The position numbers and the translations under genes were made by a program. A stretch of DNA of 64,000 bases from Phycisphaerae bacterium. GTDB taxonomy: Bacteria; Planctomycetota; Phycisphaerae; UBA1845. Below, in pieces: positions 10,938-21,442 of the stretch; position 1 is the stretch's first letter; every line of letters begins with the position of its first letter. The notes under the pieces are model-generated. The model searched no databases. It had not been told where the DNA came from and worked only from the letters and a program-made list of their open reading frames with translations. The stretch spans positions 2,304,001 to 2,368,000 of the forward strand of contig CAXXGO010000006.1 of assembly GCA_963666835.2 (NCBI GenBank), given 5' to 3'.

Positions 10938-11525
10938 ATGGAGAACGCACAGGAACAACCTCATTGCCGCAATTGCGGATACGATTTGAGAGGAAGTCAC
11001 GACGGCAAGTGGTGCCCGGAATGTGCGTGGCCGATCGGGATGCCTCGCGTCTATGGTCGACAGCCCTTGTTGTTCGACACCTCACTATTGGTCGCGTTGT
11101 TGGCCTGCAGTGTAACGGCTATCCCCTTTCAGCTTTTCGTGTTTAGCATGGGTTATCATTGGAGGGCCTTGACGGGTCCCGAAGATCCCATGCATTCGAT
11201 GTTCTGGGCTTACCCGTGGAATGTGATTACGTGCGTTCAAGGTGTTGGTGCGATGGCGGCGATTGCGCTGGTCATCATCCTGTGCAGAAGACCCGCCCGA
11301 ATGCCCAGACTCGGGCTCGTGCTATCGACGCTTGGCGCCTGCTGTGCCTTGTTCGGTGCGATTGCGAGGTCTTACATGCAGGCACGACATCACCCGGCAG
11401 ACCCAGCGCTGGCATTTTTCTGCACGGCAGTATTCGTCCTGGTCAGATGTAAGTTCGCGGCGGAGTCTCGGAGGTCTAAAGGTCCTGGCGACGACCTCGT
11501 GAACGATTCACCGGACGATGTGTGA
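10938..11525 (+). CDS. Zn-ribbon + 4-TM membrane protein
   Basis: CRNCGYDLRG...CPECAW followed by hydrophobic helices; TATAAT at 10871. Confidence 0.65.
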   Translation: MENAQEQPHCRNCGYDLRGSHDGKWCPECAWPIGMPRVYGRQPLLFDTSLLVALLACSVTAIPFQLFVFSMGYHWRALTGPEDPMHSMFWAYPWNVITCVQGVGAMAAIALVIILCRRPARMPRLGLVLSTLGACCALFGAIARSYMQARHHPADPALAFFCTAVFVLVRCKFAAESRRSKGPGDDLVNDSPDDV

Positions 11526-11700
11526 CCGATGGTTCCGCAGGGACGTCGGATTCGATGTTCCGGGGCTGTTCCTGTGTCGTCGCCGGGCGGCGGGAAGGCT
11601 GGGCAAAGTGGCCATTCGTGGCGGGGCGAGCTGGCCGGTGGTGAATATGCGAGCGGTCTTACAGGGACTCGGTCTCGGTTTTGTCCGGGAGTGTGACTGA

Positions 11701-12522
11701 ATGGCTTGGTGGTGTCTCTGGTGTCTAACCAGCGTCCTGGGCGGTGCGCTTGTCAGCGGTGTTTCCTGGAGTACAGCGTGCTTGCGCTATGGCTATGCTC
11801 CGACATTTGACTTTGGCTTTCCCGCACTTGTTGGCGGGATGGTTGGAGGGCTGCTCTCGTTCGTTACGGGGGCTTGTCTTCGTGGATTCAGCCGGGTCTG
11901 GTGGGCGCAAGCCGCGGGCTTTGGTGCTGCGGGTGTACTCGCGGCTGCGGCCGCTCATTTCTTGCATATTCTTGCTACCGCACCGGTGGCGATCGCCGCG
12001 TATGTACTGCTCCTGGGCGTTGTGGCTCGGCGAGACGGGCGAGGGCTACGCGAGTACCAGTGCGCGTTCTGTGAGTGCGATCTGCGTGGAAGTGAATCGG
12101 GCTCTTGTCCGGGGTGCGGCGCGCCGACTTCGAAGGCCGGGCTTGGCGTGCCGCAAGGAGCTCGATGTCGAGAGTGCGGGTACTTGTTGGTGCTGCTTCC
12201 TGAAAGTCGCTGCCCCGAATGTTTCACGGAGTTCGACGCAGACGATCCCGAGACGTTTATTGTACCCGACGGCGGTAGAGTGGGTCTTGAACCATGGCTC
12301 TTGTTGTGCTTTTGCTTGTTGGTATCTGCCTTCTCGATTGCCGCCCGCGACGTGAGCAACCTCGCGTGGTTAGTGGGCTCGGTATTCCAGGGCGCCGTTG
12401 CCGTGTTGGCGGCCATTCGTCTGCGGCGCAGTTGTCCGAACGCAACGGTTTTGTATTGGCTCTCACTCGTAGTTGCTGTTGGAGCCGCTATGTTTGCGGT
12501 AATGTTTCCGCGCCTTTACTGA
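11701..12522 (+). CDS. Membrane protein with two tandem Zn ribbons
   Basis: CAFCECDLRG..CPGCG and CRECGYLL..CPECF between TM blocks. Confidence 0.65.
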   Translation: MAWWCLWCLTSVLGGALVSGVSWSTACLRYGYAPTFDFGFPALVGGMVGGLLSFVTGACLRGFSRVWWAQAAGFGAAGVLAAAAAHFLHILATAPVAIAAYVLLLGVVARRDGRGLREYQCAFCECDLRGSESGSCPGCGAPTSKAGLGVPQGARCRECGYLLVLLPESRCPECFTEFDADDPETFIVPDGGRVGLEPWLLLCFCLLVSAFSIAARDVSNLAWLVGSVFQGAVAVLAAIRLRRSCPNATVLYWLSLVVAVGAAMFAVMFPRLY

Positions 12523-12580
12523 CGACAGTGAGTAGACGATTCAATATCCGCGATCCTTTCGACTCCGTCCGATGGACGCG

Positions 12581-12676
12581 ACCCCGGTTGGGGTCGAAGA
12601 GAACCAGGGTCTACGCGTCCCCAGGGTAGCCGCTTCGCGGCAACCCTGGGCTGTAGGGCGAAACGCCTTTGGCGTA
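12581..12676. repeat. Half copy of the palindromic MITE/REP-like element at 23719-23932
   Basis: 12620-12652 is the exact 33-bp reverse complement of 23743-23775; ends in aacgcctttggcgta. Confidence 0.85.
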
Positions 12677-12812
12677 CTCTCGCGAGCAGTGTGTATTCTC
12701 GTGACCGTCACTTGAGATGCCGAGAGGGGACCGCGCTGCCGATGCACAAAGGTCGGCGATTGACCATCTCGGGGGGGCAAGCGCTATCCTGGCCCGGAAG
12801 AAGCAGATGAGA

Positions 12813-13415
12813 TCAAAACCCCTTCTGGTAGATCATCATGCCGCGGCAGTCTTTGGTAAGGAAACGGAGGCAGTGTTGGTGGACGGCGGCGAACTCGCGG
12901 CCTACGAGGTTCACCCCCACGGCAATGCAGTTGGCGTTCTCGAAGTCGTCCAGCCAAAGGTAGCCGCCCGGGCGGAGGATGGCCTCAAAGATCAGCAGGT
13001 CCATTCGCGCCGTGTCCGTATCGTGCCCGCCGTCGACGATCGCTAAGTCGAGAGTGGCATCGTCGTTCGAGCTGATCGCTTGGGCGAGGGTTGGGGCGAG
13101 AGTCTGTTTCGTGTCTCCGAGGATCAGGTGGAACTGCGGATATTTCGCTTTGACGATCTCGGCGGCTTTGTGCGTGGCCTCGTGCTTGCCGATGTCGAAC
13201 GACAGCAAGGTCCCACCGCCGTAGGTCTCCATTGCGCGGAGGATGACACAGGCGCTGTGGCCGGCGTTGAATCCGGTCTCGGCCACAACCCGCGGCTGCG
13301 TCAGGCGGATGAAGGCGTAAAGAAACTCGGCCTGAGCCGGAGTGATGTAACCTTCCGGGGTCTCCGGGAGGCGGAGCATCAGGTCGTGCAATTCGGGATC
13401 GATGTCCGGTAGCAT
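12813..13415 (-). CDS. Class I SAM-dependent methyltransferase (Methyltransf_24-like)
   Basis: VAETGFNAGHS, LSFDI, IVDGGH and LRPGGYLWLDD motifs. Confidence 0.85.
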   Translation of the reverse strand: MLPDIDPELHDLMLRLPETPEGYITPAQAEFLYAFIRLTQPRVVAETGFNAGHSACVILRAMETYGGGTLLSFDIGKHEATHKAAEIVKAKYPQFHLILGDTKQTLAPTLAQAISSNDDATLDLAIVDGGHDTDTARMDLLIFEAILRPGGYLWLDDFENANCIAVGVNLVGREFAAVHQHCLRFLTKDCRGMMIYQKGF

Positions 13416-13559
13416 CGCGATGCACTCCGACGGCGAATAGAGCCAGCTTCCTCTAATCGATCGACCGGATTGTCCTTCGGGCTGGATCCTTTTCCTTGGG
13501 AAGGGGGTGGTTGCATCATTGGCGCTGGGCCGGTCTTGGTGGTGTTGACCGCTGACCGC

Positions 13560-13722
13560 GGCAGGTCTCGTTCCTCGACGCTGCCCTACAGGAATCCCGC
13601 TTCGAGCTGAAGCGGCCGAGCATCGGGGGCCGGCCTTGTTCGCGTAGCGCAGGCATCCTGCCTGCAGCGTGGCGGGCAACGTACAGAGTCACGGCAGGTC
13701 TCGTTCCTCGACGCTGCCCTAC
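13560..13722 (-). repeat. Two REP copies of the GTAG-GGCAG family (13560-13589, 13693-13722) flanking a GTAGCGCAGGC-type REP (13644-13665)
   Basis: ggcaggtctcgttcctcgacgctgccctac occurs twice; same family as 22832-24185. Confidence 0.8.
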
Positions 13723-14023
13723 GGGAACCCCGCGTTTTCGGGCGGAAGTGGCCGGGAATCGGGGCTCAAGTTGCCGAAAGGCCGATCTCGACCCCTTGGG
13801 CTTGGCAGGGATGGGGATTCGTCGTTATTGTACGCATCGCCGTTGCGACGCGAGTGGACCTTGCACTATGCGGGTCCGGGCTCGGGCGCTCACACGCGGA
13901 GGCCCCAAAGGTGGGCCGGCGGTCGGGGCGGGCGGCTAAGGTGTTTACTCAACATGACGACTGCGGCCTTCGGACGCGGGTAATCGCTGAGGTCGGCGCA
14001 GTCCGGCCAGAAAGGACTGACTG

Positions 14024-15586
14024 ATGGAAGTTGTACTCAACGGGAACTCGCTATCGATTGAGAAGCTCTGCGCGGTGGCGCGGGACGGGGCGACGGTCTC
14101 GGTTGCGCCGGATGCCAAGGTCAAGATGCAGCGTTCGCGCGAGGTGATCGAGCGCGGTGTGGCGGAAGGAACGGCAATTTACGGCGTGACCACGGGGATC
14201 GGTGAGTTTGCCCGCATTCGAATCTCCGCCGAGCAGAGCGCCGAACTCCAGCGGAGGATCATCTATAGCCATTCGGCCGGGACGGGTGATCCGCAGCCGG
14301 AGGACGTGGTCCGCGCCGGTATGACCATTCGGGCCAACACGCTCTCAAAGGGATACTCGGGTGTCCGATTGTGCCTGCTCGATACGGTCTTGGAGATGAT
14401 CAACAAGGGCGTCGTACCTTTCATCAACGAGAAGGGCTCGGTGGGTACCAGCGGAGATCTGTCTCCGCTTTCGCAGTTTGCGGAAGTTGCCATCGGTGAA
14501 GGGCGGGCGTTCTATAAGGGTGAGCTCATGAGCGGGGCCGAGGCGATGAAGCGCGCCGGAGTCAAGCCCACGGACCTGACCTACAAAGAAGGGCTGGGGC
14601 TAATCAACGGTTCGCAGATCATGACGGCCGGTACGGCTCTGTTGGTGTATGACTCTGAGCGGATTCTGAAGAACGCCATGATTGCCAGCGCTATGACACT
14701 CGACGCCCTGCGCGCCGTGCCGCGGGCCTTCAATCGCCTGGTGCATCGCGTGCGGCCTTATCCGGGTCAGAATGCGGTGGCGGAGGCTCTGCCTCGGCTG
14801 TTCGCCGACAGTGAGATCATGGCCAACCAGAGCGGCAAGGTCCAGGACGGCTACAGTATGCGGTGTACGCCGCAGATTCTCGGCCCGTCTCTCGACACCG
14901 TGCAGCACGTTCGCAGGATCGTCAACATCGAGATGAATTCCGCCGCGGACAACCCGCTCTTCTTCGGGGATGAAGGCGAGTACTTCGCAGCCGGGAACTT
15001 CCATGGGCAGGGCGTGGGCATGGCGGCCGACTTCTTGTGCATTGCCATGTCGGAAGTGGCCAACCTCTCGGAACGCCACACGAACCGGCTGCTGAACCCG
15101 ACGCTATCCGGGCTGCCGGACTTCTTGGTCGAGGGGAAAGGGCTCAACTCCGGGTTGATGGTGGCACAGTACACCGCGGCCGCTCTCGTTTCGGAGAACA
15201 AGGTCCTGTCTCATCCTGCTTCGGTAGACTCAATCAGCGTTTCCGCGGACCAGGAGGACCACGTGAGTATGGGCCCGATAGCGGTCCGCAAAGGCACCGA
15301 GATCCTCAAGAACGTTCGCACGGTTCTGGCTATCGAGATGATGTCGGCCGCCCAGGCCTTCGAGTTCCACGAGGGACGCCGGCCGGGCAAGGCGACCGGG
15401 ATTGCGTACGACATAATCCGCAAGAGAGTGCCGAAACTCGTCGACGATCGTGTGTTGTATCCCGACATCGAGGCGATTCGACAAATGGTCGAGGACTGCT
15501 CGATCCTGGACGCGGTGGAGGCGGAGATCGGTCCGCTGAAGCTCGCCAGGGACATGGACCTTCCCCAGCCGGACGTGCCGGCGTAG
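14024..15586 (+). CDS. hutH: Histidine ammonia-lyase (aromatic amino acid lyase family), TSG MIO variant
   Basis: YGVTTG, SH specificity motif (IIYSHSAG), GSVGTSGDL, QDGYSMRC, GNFHG, QEDHVSMG. Confidence 0.8.
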   Translation: MEVVLNGNSLSIEKLCAVARDGATVSVAPDAKVKMQRSREVIERGVAEGTAIYGVTTGIGEFARIRISAEQSAELQRRIIYSHSAGTGDPQPEDVVRAGMTIRANTLSKGYSGVRLCLLDTVLEMINKGVVPFINEKGSVGTSGDLSPLSQFAEVAIGEGRAFYKGELMSGAEAMKRAGVKPTDLTYKEGLGLINGSQIMTAGTALLVYDSERILKNAMIASAMTLDALRAVPRAFNRLVHRVRPYPGQNAVAEALPRLFADSEIMANQSGKVQDGYSMRCTPQILGPSLDTVQHVRRIVNIEMNSAADNPLFFGDEGEYFAAGNFHGQGVGMAADFLCIAMSEVANLSERHTNRLLNPTLSGLPDFLVEGKGLNSGLMVAQYTAAALVSENKVLSHPASVDSISVSADQEDHVSMGPIAVRKGTEILKNVRTVLAIEMMSAAQAFEFHEGRRPGKATGIAYDIIRKRVPKLVDDRVLYPDIEAIRQMVEDCSILDAVEAEIGPLKLARDMDLPQPDVPA

Positions 15587-15590
15587 GGAT

Positions 15591-18359
15591 TCAGGGGGAC
15601 CGGTTCGGCTTACGGCGGGCGCCGAACGTGCGCAACAGAGCCGGCAGAAGCAACAGGGTTGCGGCGAAGCACCCGGTTATGCTCAACACGACCAAGCCGG
15701 CCAGGCGGGCGTTGGCCGGAACCTGCGACAGCATCAATACGCCGAAGCCCAAAGCGACTGCCAGGGCATCGATCAAGATGGCAGGCCCGGTAGCGGCAAC
15801 GGCGTCGATGATTGCCTTCTCGGCATCGTTGGTGCTCTGCCGCGCGCGCTGGTAACGCTCCAGAAGGTGGATAGCGTAATCGACGCCGATCCCCAGCGTC
15901 ATGCCGGCGAACATGGACGTGGCCACGCCCAACGGCACGCCGGCGATTCCCATAACTGCGAAGTTGACCAGCACTGCGGCAGCGCACGGCAATACGCAGA
16001 GCAGCCCCCAACGAATCGACCGCCCGAGAATGGTCGTGACCGCCAGGACGCCGACCAGAGAAAGCAGAAGCGAACGAATCTGGGTAGTGACAATCGCATC
16101 GATGAGCGTCTGGCTGACGGCCACGTCACCGGCGAATTCCAGAGACACTCCGCGAGGCCTCAATCGGGTACTCTCGTAACCGCGGATGTCGGCCATAAGG
16201 TGTTTCGTGTCGACGAAGTTGGCGTCCTTCATGAAAACGGTGACCAGGGCTCGTGCATAGTCTGAGTCAACTACCTGTTGCCGGCGGTCCTTGCCGCGGA
16301 TGCGTTCGTATTGTGACCACACCCATTTGATGCCTTCGGATTCGTCCGGGATTCGACGTTGGTCCTCGCGCAAACCGCGAGCCATTAGGTTCGCCGTCTT
16401 GATCAGATCGGCCGTGCCGATCGCGCCCCCGACGGCGTCGTCCCGATGTGACTCCACGAAATCTTCCAACTCTTCCACGAGCGTCAGGGTCTCCGGACGC
16501 ATGAAGCGGTAGGGCGCGATTTCGTAACGCAGCTCCACGTCCGCCGACGTCCGCAGCGCGATCCGGGGTGATCCGGATTTGCGGTTGACCGTAATAAGGA
16601 TCCCCTCGGGGACGCGCTCGGCCGACTCGATCCACGAGACCCAATCTCGCCATGCCCGAGGTACGCGGTCCGGCGAGGTCGGCTGAGGGGGGGCACCCTG
16701 ACGAGATAGGCGGACCTGTTGACCGACGATCCGCTCGGCATTGGCGATCGCGTCGGACGGGAGGAGTATGGTGTGATGGTCTATGGCCGCCCCCGGCAGC
16801 GTGCCGGAGAGCTTCGTGTGGTGCGTATCCAGGCAGAGCAGCAGAATATGGCTGCCGAGGAACTGCTGATTGAAGTAATCCGTCGCCTGGAAGAACTCGC
16901 TGTCGGGGGCGAAGCCGTCGATCCAACTGTCTTGAATGACAATCCGCTTCACCCCCAGCGGCGCCGCGGCCATGATAACGCCGGCGAGTGCAAGCACGGC
17001 GTAACGGTATCTGATCATCGACGCCGCGAATCGGCCGAAACGGGAATCTCGCCGTGACTGACTATTGACGGCCGCATCGAGCTGAAGTTCCCTGAGGAAG
17101 CGGCGGGGGGGCAGCAGGGTCAAACACGCTGGGATGACGGAAAGCGACCAGAGCATGCAGAAGATGATGCCGATGGCCGTGAAGATGCCGAACGCTTGAA
17201 CCGGGCCGATCGGGGAGAGCGCGAACGAAAGGAACCCGACTGCCGTGGTGACCGAGGTCTTCACGACCGGACCGGTCATTTCCTCCATGGTTGCCAGGAC
17301 GGCGTTGCGATGGTCGTCGTAAGTTCGGGCTCGAAGCTCCTCAATGTAGCGAGCGGTGATGTGGATCTCGTCGGCCACTCCGATAGCGGTGAGAATCACC
17401 GGCAGCACTGCGATGGTGAGATAGACCGGCACCCCAATCCAGCCCATCAGACCGAACACGACCGCCAGGCATGCTCCCACCTCCACAAGAGGTAACGCGA
17501 CCCCGATTACGCTCCGAAAGCTGACCAGAAAAACGAATGCCATGATCGCGATGGCCACGGGCACCAGTCCAACGTGACGTCCAATGAACACGCGAAGTTC
17601 GTAGAGGCTGCGGGGAACGCGCCATTCGTCCGCCGATCCGTCGGATCGGGTCCGGTAGCCGAGCACCACGGAGGGAACTCCCAGATCTTCGAGAATGTGA
17701 GTGCCCAGAAGCGCCTCGGCCACGGGAGCGCCGATTATGTCGATCCGTTCCGGGAGTTCGCCTTGGGCTCGCACGATGTCGCGGATCTTCCGCACCAACC
17801 CGGTCCGATCGGCATCAGCAGGTACTCCGATCATGATGGCGGTGGCGTTCTCGTCCAGTGAAACCAGCGTACCGGTGAAGAGCTCGATGGCTCGCAGGTC
17901 ATCACGGAGAGTCTGGAGCGCTTCCGCAGTATCCGGGAGGGGTTCGAGCAAACGACGGACGTGCAGAGTGCCGGGTCGAACTCGGTGCCCGTATTCGGTA
18001 GCCAGTGAAAACAGATCTGTCGGGCGAACACCTTCGAGCTCTCGAAATGCGCCGGTCAGGGCCTCAACGAGAGCGACGGTATGAGCGTTGAAGATGCCGT
18101 CGGGGTGGTCCGCCCGGATGAGAACGACCACGGGGTCCTCAGTGGCGAACTCATCTCTGATTGCTCGGTCGAGGCGGATCTCGGGAGCTAGCTTGGGCAC
18201 CAGGGCGTGCCCGTCGGTGCGAATCTGCAGCCGCAATACCCCCGGGGCGATTGCCAGCGTGATAAACAACGCAACAGCGATCACCGTTTTCGGATGTTGT
18301 GTCGAATATCGGTATAGCCAGACCAAGATCTTACCGCCGGAAGAGCTTTCCGCAGTCAC
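15591..18359 (-). CDS. MMPL/RND family exporter
   Basis: Two TM halves with AIGVADEIH and GIGVDYAIH motifs and large periplasmic loops; start estimated (GTG 18359). Confidence 0.85.
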   Translation of the reverse strand: MTAESSSGGKILVWLYRYSTQHPKTVIAVALFITLAIAPGVLRLQIRTDGHALVPKLAPEIRLDRAIRDEFATEDPVVVLIRADHPDGIFNAHTVALVEALTGAFRELEGVRPTDLFSLATEYGHRVRPGTLHVRRLLEPLPDTAEALQTLRDDLRAIELFTGTLVSLDENATAIMIGVPADADRTGLVRKIRDIVRAQGELPERIDIIGAPVAEALLGTHILEDLGVPSVVLGYRTRSDGSADEWRVPRSLYELRVFIGRHVGLVPVAIAIMAFVFLVSFRSVIGVALPLVEVGACLAVVFGLMGWIGVPVYLTIAVLPVILTAIGVADEIHITARYIEELRARTYDDHRNAVLATMEEMTGPVVKTSVTTAVGFLSFALSPIGPVQAFGIFTAIGIIFCMLWSLSVIPACLTLLPPRRFLRELQLDAAVNSQSRRDSRFGRFAASMIRYRYAVLALAGVIMAAAPLGVKRIVIQDSWIDGFAPDSEFFQATDYFNQQFLGSHILLLCLDTHHTKLSGTLPGAAIDHHTILLPSDAIANAERIVGQQVRLSRQGAPPQPTSPDRVPRAWRDWVSWIESAERVPEGILITVNRKSGSPRIALRTSADVELRYEIAPYRFMRPETLTLVEELEDFVESHRDDAVGGAIGTADLIKTANLMARGLREDQRRIPDESEGIKWVWSQYERIRGKDRRQQVVDSDYARALVTVFMKDANFVDTKHLMADIRGYESTRLRPRGVSLEFAGDVAVSQTLIDAIVTTQIRSLLLSLVGVLAVTTILGRSIRWGLLCVLPCAAAVLVNFAVMGIAGVPLGVATSMFAGMTLGIGVDYAIHLLERYQRARQSTNDAEKAIIDAVAATGPAILIDALAVALGFGVLMLSQVPANARLAGLVVLSITGCFAATLLLLPALLRTFGARRKPNRSP

Positions 18360-18567
18360 CTGCAGAGCGGCCGATGCTACGGGAGCCGCGGTCGGCAGGC
18401 AAACGGGCCAATCTGCAGGAATTGCGCAACCAAAAGTGGCTTGCAGCCAGACTGGCAGCCTTGAGCGAGGTCGCCCTTTGTTGACTCGCCGTGTGGGTTT
18501 GGGGGCGATGAAACGGGCCGTGAGGCTCTGTCGATAGCCGATTTCCTTCTTGTCTGGGGCTCCGCCG

Positions 18568-18576
18568 TGGTATAAT
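18568..18576 (+). promoter_or_regulatory. Extended -10 promoter (TGnTATAAT) for the DUF1702-ACP-KS-KS operon
   Basis: Perfect TGGTATAAT in a GC-rich intergenic region ~200 nt before the operon. Confidence 0.55.
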
Positions 18577-18771
18577 CGGAGTGACACTAGCATAAGCACG
18601 CGAGGCTAAGCCTGCAGATCGTATCGCTGCCGGTTCTGTTTGGGTTGCGCAGAGGCTTGGCCGGCGGGTGAGCCGCAGCATGGTGGATTCGGCTTGCGTT
18701 CTGGCGCTGGTTGGCTCCGCGGATGGCGTGCTGGGTGTTCGGGCCGAAGCGACCGGGTTGGGTCGATTGAC

Positions 18772-19854
18772 ATGGGATATGGGATGTACATCACGCTGGT
18801 GATCGCAGCGGCGCTGGTCGTATGCCTTGGCACAGGTTGGTGGCGTGTGGGGTTCACGCCCTTTGCGATTCCCGCCCGTAAGATGACCGTCGAGCGGCTG
18901 GGACTTTGTGTCGCCGGACCGGAGGACGCGAAGCGGGTGAATGGGATTCTGGCGAGTTTCGCGGGCGGTTTCAATGCCATGATCGCGGCACGACGAATGA
19001 AGGCCGTGCGAGCCCATTGCGAGTCGATCGGTCCGCTGTATCGCTCGTTTGCGGAAGAGGGTATGGCGATGGGCTACACCCTCCGCCGCCTTTTCCGTTA
19101 CGATCCGGCCTCCTTTGAATCGCAGATTATCGAACAAGGCCCCGGTTTCCGATACCTCTACTACGTCGGCTTGGGCTTCTGGTCGGGGATCCGGAACCAC
19201 TCCGGGCAGCGTTTGACGGGCATTACGCAGGGGTTGGATCCGCTTCATCGATTCTTGTGCTTCGATGGCTACGGGTTCAACTACGCGTTTTTTGAGTACG
19301 GCAAGGACCCCGAGGTGCTTCGCCGGCTGGACGGCCTGGACGGGTACGCGCGTCACGCGGCGTATCAAGGGGTCGGGCGGGCATTCTGGTTCCTCTTCTC
19401 GGGCGACCCCGAGCGGCTTATCGAGCACGCCGCGCGGTTCGGGGAATATTCCGGAGATATTGCGGCCGGCGTCGGATTGGCGTCGGTGTTTGTCAATCCC
19501 GATCGGTTGGACACCGCCCGGGATCTGGCTAACAAGATGCCGCAAGAGTGGCACGATGACTTCCATCTGGGAATGTGTTTCGGGCTCAAAGCCCGTTCGA
19601 TTAATGATCCGGACGAGTATGCGCGAAATCTGGGGCTGCTGGATGCCGGAGGGCGTGAGGCGGTAACGGCTTCGATTCGAGAGTGTGATCGGGTCGAGGC
19701 GGCGGTTCGGGGAGAGATGGGCGAGGATGGATACCGGCGTTGGCGCGAGCAGGTAACGGCATGGATGGCTTCGAATGTTTCCTATCCGTTGACTGGAGTC
19801 GCGACGACTTCGCCGTCGGCATCGGGCCTGCCGACCGCAGTCGAAACGGCATAG
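18772..19854 (+). CDS. DUF1702 family protein (enediyne UnbL-like) with N-terminal TM
   Basis: FAEEGMAMG, YYVGLG, DGYGF..AFF, YQGVGRAFWF and GVGLA motifs. Confidence 0.75.
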   Translation: MGYGMYITLVIAAALVVCLGTGWWRVGFTPFAIPARKMTVERLGLCVAGPEDAKRVNGILASFAGGFNAMIAARRMKAVRAHCESIGPLYRSFAEEGMAMGYTLRRLFRYDPASFESQIIEQGPGFRYLYYVGLGFWSGIRNHSGQRLTGITQGLDPLHRFLCFDGYGFNYAFFEYGKDPEVLRRLDGLDGYARHAAYQGVGRAFWFLFSGDPERLIEHAARFGEYSGDIAAGVGLASVFVNPDRLDTARDLANKMPQEWHDDFHLGMCFGLKARSINDPDEYARNLGLLDAGGREAVTASIRECDRVEAAVRGEMGEDGYRRWREQVTAWMASNVSYPLTGVATTSPSASGLPTAVETA

Positions 19855-19866
19855 AGGAGGAGCGCA

Positions 19867-20115
19867 ATGAAAGGTTATGAGGCTGCCAAAGACGAGATTC
19901 TCGAGTGGATTAGCGAGGCGATTCAGGTTCCGGTTGCGGAGATTGACCTGGATAAACCGCTCACGGACATCGGTCTCGACTCGCTCGATGCCGTGCACAT
20001 GATCGCCACAATCGAGTCCATCATTCAGAAGGAACTGCCCGAGGACATCATTCAGCGCGTAAGCTGCCTTAACGACATGCTCGATATGATGCGGGAGAAG
20101 ATGGCTGCCGCCTGA
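19867..20115 (+). CDS. Acyl carrier protein
   Basis: 82 aa, acidic, GLDSL phosphopantetheine site; GAGGAG RBS. Confidence 0.9.
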   Translation: MKGYEAAKDEILEWISEAIQVPVAEIDLDKPLTDIGLDSLDAVHMIATIESIIQKELPEDIIQRVSCLNDMLDMMREKMAAA

Positions 20116-20157
20116 GTTCGGTTCCAACGTGATCCGCAAGGTCGAGCGAGGAGTCGT

Positions 20158-21342
20158 ATGGCTGAAGACGTCGTCATTACCGGTCTGGGGATAGTCTCTT
20201 CCTTGGGCTGCGGGGAGCAGCGCTTCTGGGATGCGCTCTATCACGGCCGGTCCGGGGCCTCGCCGGTTGATCTTATGGATACGTCCGATCTGTCACGGAC
20301 TATCGCGTGCCAGGTACGTGACCCTATAGACGTCGAAGGGGATATGGGCAGAGCCGCCCGTCTTTCCGTTTCCGCCGCCCGCCAGGCGGTGGCTTCCGCC
20401 GGAATCGCTTCGGCCGACCTGGCGGGCAGGCACGTGGTTACGACCATCGGCACGACGATGGGTGAGACGGAGTTCATCGAAGATCGTCTTACTTCACCGA
20501 ACGCAGACTGGCTCTCGCCTCAGCACACACAGCGGATTCTTCACGGCCGGCCCGGCTCGATTGCCGAGCATGTGCGGACCGACCTTCGAATCCACGGCCC
20601 GGCCGCCGATCTGTATGGGGCGTGCGCGGCCGGCAATATGGCGATCCAATCCGCCCGACGCCGGCTGCTGGCCGGTGAAGGAGATTTTGCCCTCGCCGGC
20701 GGGGCTGATGGTTTCAGTCGATTGGCCTTCATCGGTTTCATGCGTCTGCGCGTGATGGCGGCAGAGGTTTGCCGGCCTTTCGACGAACAACGTGACGGTT
20801 TGCTCGTCGGCGAAGGGGCGGCGGTGTTCGTGTTGGAGCGAGAGTCGTCGGCGCGGGCTCGCGGAGCGCCGATCAGAGCGCGAGTTGTAGGGGGGGCGGT
20901 CACGTGTGAGGACTATCACCCGACTCGCCCGCACCCCGAGGGCGATGGGTTGAGCCGGTCGACCACCGCGGCGTTGCGCGACGCCGGGATTGCTCCCGAA
21001 GACGTGGACTATGTCTGTGCTCACGGTACGGGAACGCCGCACAACGACGCCATCGAGGTGAAGGTGATGCAGAGTTGCTTCCCACGCGGCGTGGCCTTCA
21101 GCTCGATCAAGGCGCTGACCGGGCACCCGATGGGGGCGGCCGCGGCTATGGAGGCGGCGTGTTGCGCGCTCAGCCTCGAGGCTCAGACCCTCATCCCGAC
21201 CTGGCACTTGGAGAACACGCTGCAACCCTGCATGCTGGACGCGATTCAAGGGGCGCCGCGCGCGGCGCGTGTGCGCTACGTGGTCAACAACTCCGCCGGG
21301 TTCGGTGGTTACAACAGCAGCATTGTCTTGGCGGCGGCGTAG
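20158..21342 (+). CDS. Beta-ketoacyl-ACP synthase (FabF-like, KS1)
   Basis: VVITGLG, GACAAG (Cys), AHGTGT, KALTGH, GFGG. Confidence 0.9.
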   Translation: MAEDVVITGLGIVSSLGCGEQRFWDALYHGRSGASPVDLMDTSDLSRTIACQVRDPIDVEGDMGRAARLSVSAARQAVASAGIASADLAGRHVVTTIGTTMGETEFIEDRLTSPNADWLSPQHTQRILHGRPGSIAEHVRTDLRIHGPAADLYGACAAGNMAIQSARRRLLAGEGDFALAGGADGFSRLAFIGFMRLRVMAAEVCRPFDEQRDGLLVGEGAAVFVLERESSARARGAPIRARVVGGAVTCEDYHPTRPHPEGDGLSRSTTAALRDAGIAPEDVDYVCAHGTGTPHNDAIEVKVMQSCFPRGVAFSSIKALTGHPMGAAAAMEAACCALSLEAQTLIPTWHLENTLQPCMLDAIQGAPRAARVRYVVNNSAGFGGYNSSIVLAAA

Positions 21343-21442
21343 TAGCCCTTCGAGTAAGCAGGACGCCGCGGCCGGTGGTTTCGCCGGGTTTCTCGGGCCA
21401 GGCTCTGGGCACGCCTACGTTCCCTGGCTATAAAGTCAGTCT

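Noticed and set aside
14024..15586. Firm call as Phe/Tyr aminomutase
   Set aside because: The SH and QEDHVS residues are HAL-type despite the TSG triad.
18331..20244. 637-aa minus-strand ORF
   Set aside because: Antisense shadow of the DUF1702/ACP genes in GC-rich DNA; no motifs.
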